64,000 bases of DNA from Heptranchias perlo (Eukaryota): NCBI RefSeq assembly GCF_035084215.1, contig NC_090346.1, forward strand, positions 15,624,001 through 15,688,000, read 5' to 3'. Shown here in pieces: positions 63,742 through 64,000 of the stretch (its first letter is position 1; each line of letters opens with the position of its first letter). The position numbers were made by a program, and so were the translations under genes. The notes beneath the pieces are model-generated. The model was not told the DNA's origin and made no database searches. It saw nothing but the letters and a program-made list of their open reading frames with translations.

Positions 63742-64000
63742 CCCCTCACCCTCCCTCCCTCCCTCTATCTCTCCCTCCCCCTCCCTCCCACCATCTCTAC
63801 CTCTCCCTCCCTCCATCTCTCCCTCCCCCTATCTCTCCCTCACCCTCCCTCCATCTCTCCCTCACACTCCCTCCCTCTATCTCTCACCCTCACCCTCCAT
63901 CTCTCCCTCACCCTCCCTCCATCTCTCCCTCACCCTCCCTCCATCTCTCCCTCACCCTCCCTCTATCTCTCCCTCACCCTCCCTCTATCCCACCCTCTCT
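63742..64000 (+). repeat. CT-rich low-complexity repeat (ccctccctccatctctccctca)n
   Basis: Directly visible; runs off the window end. Confidence 0.9.

Noticed and set aside
62547-63749. 400-aa and 269-aa minus-strand ORFs
   Set aside because: Mostly translated 22-23-bp repeat; the unique part has no recognisable domain.

Overview
Eukaryotic genomic DNA, most likely from a cartilaginous fish (shark). This is inferred from the CR1/L2/Penelope/DeuSINE repeat complement and dispersed minisatellites. The window holds the 3' part of a protein kinase C beta gene (PRKCB) on the + strand. Eleven GT-AG coding exons (1969-35190) encode the C2 domain, hinge and kinase domain and splice in frame. They are followed by two alternative terminal exons, betaII (42902-43060) and betaI (54496-54648), each with downstream AATAAA signals. 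The exons for the N-terminus and C1 domain lie upstream of the window. Introns are packed with defective mobile elements: a Tx1-clade LINE, CR1, L2, a second CR1/L2-group LINE, Penelope-like fragments, two SINE families, Harbinger and hAT MITEs and a Harbinger transposase fossil. There are also many minisatellites; most long ORFs in the track are TE remnants or repeat artefacts. I found no clearly new gene system. The best leads are four: a minimal hammerhead ribozyme motif with an intact core in an intronic Penelope fragment; a Tx1 element whose tail joins a 67-bp dispersed minisatellite (possible target specificity); phase-conserved ends of that minisatellite; and a 143-bp local inverted duplication just upstream of the betaI exon. 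Exon numbers are by analogy to the mammalian gene from memory. Repeat boundaries are approximate unless a TSD or TIR is quoted.
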